A stretch of 64,000 nt of DNA from Desulfuromonadales bacterium (lineage in GTDB: Bacteria > Desulfobacterota > Desulfuromonadia > Desulfuromonadales > BM103): the NCBI GenBank assembly GCA_030145205.1, contig JAQYVZ010000008.1, forward strand, positions 15,978-79,977, written 5' to 3'. Both the position numbers and the translations under genes were made by a program. Below are positions 59,323 through 64,000 of the stretch, piece by piece (the first letter of the stretch is position 1; the number at the start of each line of letters is the position of its first letter). A model generated the notes under the pieces. It saw only the letters and a program-made list of their open reading frames with translations, was not told the DNA's origin and ran no database searches.

Positions 59323-60423
59323 TTACCTGAACGGTAGTGATACCGTAATTTTTGTTCCTTCTTCCGGGGTGCTGACAATATTCAGCAGACCCCGGTGATC
59401 TTCAACGATTTTCTGGCAGATGGTCAGTCCCAGACCGCTGCCTTTGATCTTAGTGGTAAAGTAAGGAGTGAAAATCCGCTCCAGCTCGTCCGCGGGAATG
59501 CCGTTGCCATTGTCGCGAATCTTGACAATGACCATGGGAGACGGACGCTTCTCGCCGGGATTGCTCACGTGAAAGTCGGACGAAACCTTGGCTTCCACGA
59601 CAATGGCCCCTTCGTCGTCAATCGCCTCGACGGCGTTTTTAACCAGGTTCAGAAAAAGCCGGGTGAGCAGGCCTTCGTCACCGAGGAGTGAGGGGATGCT
59701 CGGATCTGCAGCCAGGGTGAATGAGATGTGGCGCCCCCGGGCGGCCTCCTTCTGGAGCAGCAGGATATCATTGAGGACTTTGATCAGGTTGACCTCTTCC
59801 TGTTGTATCGGTCGCGGGTTGCCCAGGTCCATCAACTCTTCAATGATATTGTTGATCCGTTCGACTTCACGAACCATGACCTGCGTATACTCCCGCAGGG
59901 GACTCTCTTCAGGGAGCTCCATGGTGAGCAGTTGCGCTGCGCCCTTGACGCCACCGAGAGGATTCTTGATTTCGTGCGCAAGGCCACCGGCCAGGGTGCC
60001 AAGTATGGAGAGCCGGTCGGCTCGCCGCAGAGAGTTTTCAAGCTCCCGGACACGCGAAAGGTCACGAATGATCAGGACTGCGCCGTCCTGCCCGGCGTGC
60101 CGGGAAAAAATCGGTGCTGCGTAAATGCTGACGGGCATTGGCGGTTGCTTCGGTCGGTTCAGCATGAGGCCTTCATCGTCTGAGATGGTGCGGCCTTCAT
60201 CGAGCGCAATCCGTATCAGGTAAAGCAGGGTCTCCTGTCCGGCGAAGAGCGCGCGGAAATCTTTACCAAGGCAGTGCCGCGCCGAAAGGCCGAGATAGGA
60301 CTCGCCCGCCGGATTGATCAGAGTGATGTCCCCCTTGTGACCCATCGCGATGACGCCGCGGTCGATGTTTTCAAGGACCAGGGCATTCAGGTTCGGATCG
60401 GTCTGTTGTGCGGTTTTGCTCAT
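59323..60423 (-). CDS. ntrB: PAS-domain sensor histidine kinase (NtrB-like)
   Basis: PAS N-terminus, H-box LAHEIKNPL, N-box NLVKNAVEA, G-boxes DNGNGI and GSGLGL. Confidence 0.8.
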   Translation of the reverse strand: MSKTAQQTDPNLNALVLENIDRGVIAMGHKGDITLINPAGESYLGLSARHCLGKDFRALFAGQETLLYLIRIALDEGRTISDDEGLMLNRPKQPPMPVSIYAAPIFSRHAGQDGAVLIIRDLSRVRELENSLRRADRLSILGTLAGGLAHEIKNPLGGVKGAAQLLTMELPEESPLREYTQVMVREVERINNIIEELMDLGNPRPIQQEEVNLIKVLNDILLLQKEAARGRHISFTLAADPSIPSLLGDEGLLTRLFLNLVKNAVEAIDDEGAIVVEAKVSSDFHVSNPGEKRPSPMVIVKIRDNGNGIPADELERIFTPYFTTKIKGSGLGLTICQKIVEDHRGLLNIVSTPEEGTKITVSLPFR

Positions 60424-61422
60424 CTATTGATGGCCTGTCTCGAAAAAATGTGCCAGAGATGTTCGCATCTCGTCAATCGAATGAACGCCGTTCACCAGGC
60501 TGCGGAACTCGGCAGAGTTCTCAAGGCCCTTCGTGTACCAGCACAAGTGCTTGCGCATGTGCCCCAAGGTCTTGCGAGGGCCAAAGTGTTTAAGAAAGAG
60601 TTCCAGGTGGGCTGACGCCACCTGGTAACGCTCTGCCCATTCAGGTTGCCGGGGTACTTTTCCGGCCATGATCTCGAGCCCCTGACGGATCAGCCAAGGG
60701 TTGCCGTAGGCGCCACGACCGATCATGACCGCGTCACAACCCGTTTGGGTAAACATTGTTTTAATGTCTTGTGGAGTGAACAGATCGCCGCTGCCGATCA
60801 CAGGGACGGCAACTGCCTGTTTAAGCTCCTTGAGTTGCTCCCAGTTTGCCTGGCCACCGAAGCCCTGTGAACGTGTGCGGGGATGCAGTGTGATCGCATC
60901 AATGCCCTCGGAGATTGCAATCCGAGCAATTTCCAGAAAGTTCAGCTGATCATTGTCCCAACCGCTCCGTAGCTTGATCGTGAGCGGCCGTTGTGTTGCC
61001 TTGCGGACCGCCCGGACAATGTCGCCAACCTTGCGCGGATCCTGAAGAAGAGCGCTGCCGGCACCACTGCGGATCACCTTGCGGACCGGGCAGCCCATGT
61101 TGATGTCGATCAGGTCGCCGTACTGAGAGACCTCTTTGGTTGCCTCAGCAAGTCGCTCTGGGGAGTCGCCAAACAGCTGAATTCCAAGGGGTTTTTCTTC
61201 CGAGCAGCTTTGCAGGAGCTCGTGGGTCGCTGCGCCGTTGTAGAACAGCCCGTTGGCGCTGACCATCTCGGTAAACACCAGCGCCGCGCCAAACCGTTTC
61301 ATGACCAAACGATAGGGCAGGTCAGTGATGCCGGCCATGGGTGCCAGAAAAATCAAATTGTCGAGATGGAGATCCCCGATGTTCACACAAAATACCTGCT
61401 TAATTTTTAGGCATTCTAGCAT
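60424..61422 (-). CDS. dusB: tRNA-dihydrouridine synthase B (NifR3 family)
   Basis: LAPMAGITDLPYR, DINMGCP and ITLHPRTR motifs are present. The true start may be the GTG at 61386. Confidence 0.88.
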   Translation of the reverse strand: MLECLKIKQVFCVNIGDLHLDNLIFLAPMAGITDLPYRLVMKRFGAALVFTEMVSANGLFYNGAATHELLQSCSEEKPLGIQLFGDSPERLAEATKEVSQYGDLIDINMGCPVRKVIRSGAGSALLQDPRKVGDIVRAVRKATQRPLTIKLRSGWDNDQLNFLEIARIAISEGIDAITLHPRTRSQGFGGQANWEQLKELKQAVAVPVIGSGDLFTPQDIKTMFTQTGCDAVMIGRGAYGNPWLIRQGLEIMAGKVPRQPEWAERYQVASAHLELFLKHFGPRKTLGHMRKHLCWYTKGLENSAEFRSLVNGVHSIDEMRTSLAHFFETGHQ

Positions 61423-61505
61423 GGTGGTTGGGAGGATGCAAAGCGGAAAAAGGGCTGGGAGAAAAAAAGTCTTTGTGTACTGTGCATACTGTATACAGAT
61501 TCAGC

Positions 61506-61534
61506 TTGACAGTTTCAGGTCGAGTTGCTAAAAC
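61506..61534 (+). promoter_or_regulatory. candidate sigma70-type promoter for gltA
   Basis: TTGACA, 17-nt spacer, TAAAAC. It would give a ~220-nt leader. Confidence 0.35.
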
Positions 61535-61758
61535 GATATTTGGGAAAAGTGGTGAGTTATTGTACACCCGATACCCACCCTCAGCATGATCGAGGTCGGT
61601 GCAAGTCGGCCGCCCGGTTCGGGCTCAGCTTTTTTACCGCGGCGTGTTGTGGGTAGCTTTTTTGTTTTTTGGATTTGATGTAGCTTTGGAACAAGGGACA
61701 GTTTCGGTCGATGGGGGGTTAGCCCCATCATCATTCATTCCACCAAAGGAGAGAGAGT

Positions 61759-63069
61759 ATGTCGACACTGAAGCAAGTATTGAGCAAGAAGATTGATGAG
61801 CATCGTCCCCGTACCACCAAGCTGGTTAAAGAATTCGGCGATGTCAAACTCGGTGATGTAACCATCGGTCAGACGATCGGCGGCGCCCGTGGTATCAAGA
61901 GTCTGGTAACAGACATCTCCTACCTGGATCCCTTTGAGGGTATCCGTTTCCGCGGCATGACCATTCCTGAGACTTTTGATGCTCTGCCGAAATACCCCGG
62001 CAGTGATTATCCCTACGTCGAGGGTTTCTGGTACCTGCTGCTGACCGGCGACGTGCCGACCATGGAGCAGACTCTGGAAGTGGTCGAAGACTGGAAAGCT
62101 CAGTCCCAGATCCCCGCATACGTCATTGACGTGCTGCGCGCTCTGCCCCGCGACTCCCATCCGATGGCAATGTTCTCCGCCGCCATCGTCGCTATGCAGC
62201 GTGACTCCGTGTTCTCTAACAACTATGCTGCCGGCAAGTTCAACAAGATGACCTGCTGGGAAGATATGTACGAAGATTGCAACACCCTGATGGCCAAACT
62301 CGGCCCGATCGGTGCTTACATCTATCGTATGAAGTACATGGGCGACACCCACATCGAAGCCGATCCCGAGCTCGACATGGGCGGCAACTTCGCTCGCATG
62401 ATGGGCATCGACGCTCCTTATGACGACGTTGCACGTATGTACTTCATCCTGCACTCTGACCATGAGTCCGGCAACGTATCCGCCCACACGACTCACCTGG
62501 TCGCTTCGGCTCTGTCCGACGCATACTACTCCTACAGCGCCGGCATCAACGGCCTGGCCGGTCCTCTGCACGGTCTGGCTAACGAAGAAGTTCTGCGCTG
62601 GACCCAGGCTTTCATGGCTAAACTGGGCGGCGAAGTGCCTTCCGAAGAAGGTCTCAAGCAAGCTCTGTGGGATACGCTCAACAGCGGTCAGGTCATCCCC
62701 GGTTACGGCCATGCCGTTCTGCGTAAGACTGACCCCCGTTACACCTCGCAGCGTGAGTTCTGCATGAAGACTGAAGGTCTGAAAGACTACCCGCTGTTCA
62801 AGCTGGTCAAGATGATCTTCGAAGTGGCTCCTGGCGTCCTCACCGAGCATGGCAAAGCCAAGAACCCCTGGCCGAACGTCGACGCACAGTCTGGCGTCAT
62901 CCAGTGGTACTACGGTGTCACTCAGTACGAATTCTACACTGTACTGTTCGGCATCGGCCGTGCACTCGGCTGCCTCGCCAACATCACTTGGGACCGTGCT
63001 CTCGGTTACGCTATCGAGCGTCCGAAGTCCGTTACCACCGCGATGCTGGAAGAAGCTGCTGGTATCTGA
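61759..63069 (+). CDS. gltA: citrate synthase, eukaryotic/mitochondrial type
   Basis: GYGHAVLRKTDPRY is identical to the mitochondrial citrate synthase signature. HSDHE and NVDAQSG motifs are present. Confidence 0.93.
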   Translation: MSTLKQVLSKKIDEHRPRTTKLVKEFGDVKLGDVTIGQTIGGARGIKSLVTDISYLDPFEGIRFRGMTIPETFDALPKYPGSDYPYVEGFWYLLLTGDVPTMEQTLEVVEDWKAQSQIPAYVIDVLRALPRDSHPMAMFSAAIVAMQRDSVFSNNYAAGKFNKMTCWEDMYEDCNTLMAKLGPIGAYIYRMKYMGDTHIEADPELDMGGNFARMMGIDAPYDDVARMYFILHSDHESGNVSAHTTHLVASALSDAYYSYSAGINGLAGPLHGLANEEVLRWTQAFMAKLGGEVPSEEGLKQALWDTLNSGQVIPGYGHAVLRKTDPRYTSQREFCMKTEGLKDYPLFKLVKMIFEVAPGVLTEHGKAKNPWPNVDAQSGVIQWYYGVTQYEFYTVLFGIGRALGCLANITWDRALGYAIERPKSVTTAMLEEAAGI

Positions 63070-63096
63070 TCCTTCGGATCATACTGAAGCAATTAA

Positions 63097-63126
63097 AGGG
63101 GTGCCCAATCGGGCACCCCTTTTTTA
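63097..63126 (+). terminator. rho-independent terminator after gltA
   Basis: AGGGGTGCCC-aatc-GGGCACCCCT followed by TTTTT. Confidence 0.85.
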
Positions 63127-63448
63127 CTGGGTAGGGGACTGTCCCGGCAGTTAACGGGACTGTCCCCGGCTTTTAAGATTCCCAAGGAGTTTTATAACCT
63201 GGTAGTTTTCGGCTTTTTAACCGGGGTCGCGCCCCCGGACGGCGCCCTCCTTTTCTTGACGGCCAAGAAAAGGAGGCAAAAGAAGGCCGCCCAACACGCC
63301 ACCAATTATTGCACATAGCGCAATAACTGGTTCCCTCTCTCCAGATTTTAATCTGGCGGCGAAAAAAACTCGTTGCGCTCAGACAGTTTTTCGCCGAGGT
63401 CTCCAGATGAAGATCTTGCGCTCGGTGTCGTGTGACGGGGAACGTCAC

Positions 63449-63479
63449 AAAAAAAGGGGACAGAGTAATCTCTGTCCCC
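63449..63479 (-). terminator. rho-independent terminator of the minus-strand methyltransferase gene
   Basis: GGGGACAGAG-taat-CTCTGTCCCC, with the A-run on the plus strand giving a T-run on the minus strand. Confidence 0.8.
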
Positions 63480-63503
63480 TTCATATTGATATTTATTTGA
63501 TCG

Positions 63504-64000
63504 TTACTTCTTCGGTGGACGGCTGGCGTAGATCAGGAGCTTCTGATCGGTGTAGGTCTCAACCTCGCCAGCGAAGGTTTCAATCTGGAAGTAGTCTTGG
63601 ACTTTGTTCGGGGCCTCGACGAACAGCTTGTTCAGTTCTGAAATGTCGTTGCGGCTCATTCCACCCCGGGAGGCCCAGGCGGGAAAGTCGTGGGTTTTCT
63701 CAACAACGACCGTTTCATGAATAATGAAGCCGGCGGCGCTGACCATCTCGGTCCATTCTTCCTCGGTAAAGGCACGGATATGAGTGTTGTCGCGCAACCG
63801 CTCCATTTCCTGGTGCCACTCAGCGACCTCAGGGTCACTTGGCATCAGCGTATCGACCAGCGCCATGCGGCCACCGCGGCGCAGGACCCGGTGGAATTCA
63901 CTCAGTGCGCGCGGGACGTCCGGGAAGTGATGTGGTGCAATCCGGCAGGTCAGCAGAGTGAAGGCGCCAGCCGGAAAGGGCAGATCCTCGGCGTCAGCTT
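63504..64000 (-). CDS. class I SAM-dependent methyltransferase (Methyltransf_11-like), N-terminus beyond the window
   Basis: The minus-strand frame stays open to the window edge. It reads ...DLPFPAGAFTLLTCRIAPHHFPDVPRALSEFHRVLRRGGRMALVD... Confidence 0.75.
   Translation of the reverse strand, partial: ADAEDLPFPAGAFTLLTCRIAPHHFPDVPRALSEFHRVLRRGGRMALVDTLMPSDPEVAEWHQEMERLRDNTHIRAFTEEEWTEMVSAAGFIIHETVVVEKTHDFPAWASRGGMSRNDISELNKLFVEAPNKVQDYFQIETFAGEVETYTDQKLLIYASRPPKK

Noticed and set aside
63173-63484. 103-aa minus-strand ORF between gltA and the methyltransferase gene.
   Set aside because: It runs through terminator hairpins and palindromes, has an Arg/Trp/Ser-rich composition, and has no RBS. 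The region is treated as non-coding (see finding).

Overview
High-GC chromosomal segment, probably from a Desulfuromonadales/Geobacter-like deltaproteobacterium. That assignment is an inference from gene content and order (mitochondrial-type citrate synthase, cimA, membrane H+-PPase, nifR3/dusB-ntrB-ntrC). About 90% of the window is densely packed housekeeping DNA: trpEGDCFB, then a DEAD-box helicase and a UDG, then trpA; accD-folC; lptD; ftsB; argS; tilS-ftsH-folP-cdaA-cdaR-glmM; pdxJ-acpS-nnr-CBS-tsaE; lysC; cimA; a TAXI-type TRAP transporter; ispE-tRNAGln-prs-rplY-pth; hppA; rpsF-rpsR-DUF2232-rplI-dnaB; folA; a pagL-like gene; dusB-ntrB-ntrC; gltA. The exception is a ~6.8 kb, visibly AT-rich island (about 17727-24572). 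It is integrated into the 3' half of an initiator-type tRNA-Met gene and bounded by 51-bp direct repeats. It encodes a tyrosine integrase, an Xis-like HTH protein, a Rep_trans-like initiator, a tandem ribbon-helix-helix regulator and a membrane-anchored Nudix fusion. It also carries a translationally coupled three-gene operon (19003-21086): a SpoIIAB/RsbW-like GHKL ATPase with a poly-basic N-tail, a small STAS-like (DUF4325-like) protein, and a 2-TM coiled-coil protein. I flag this operon as the best candidate for an undescribed partner-switch-type defence or abortive-infection system. Other points of note are a G8 homopolymer frameshift in a double glutaredoxin-like gene next to attR, a tRNA(CAT) directly upstream of tilS, two unannotated small Cys-rich ORFs, and two structured or palindrome-rich intergenic regions. 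No CRISPR array, rRNA or IS element was seen. All family assignments come from motif recognition by eye; no searches were run.
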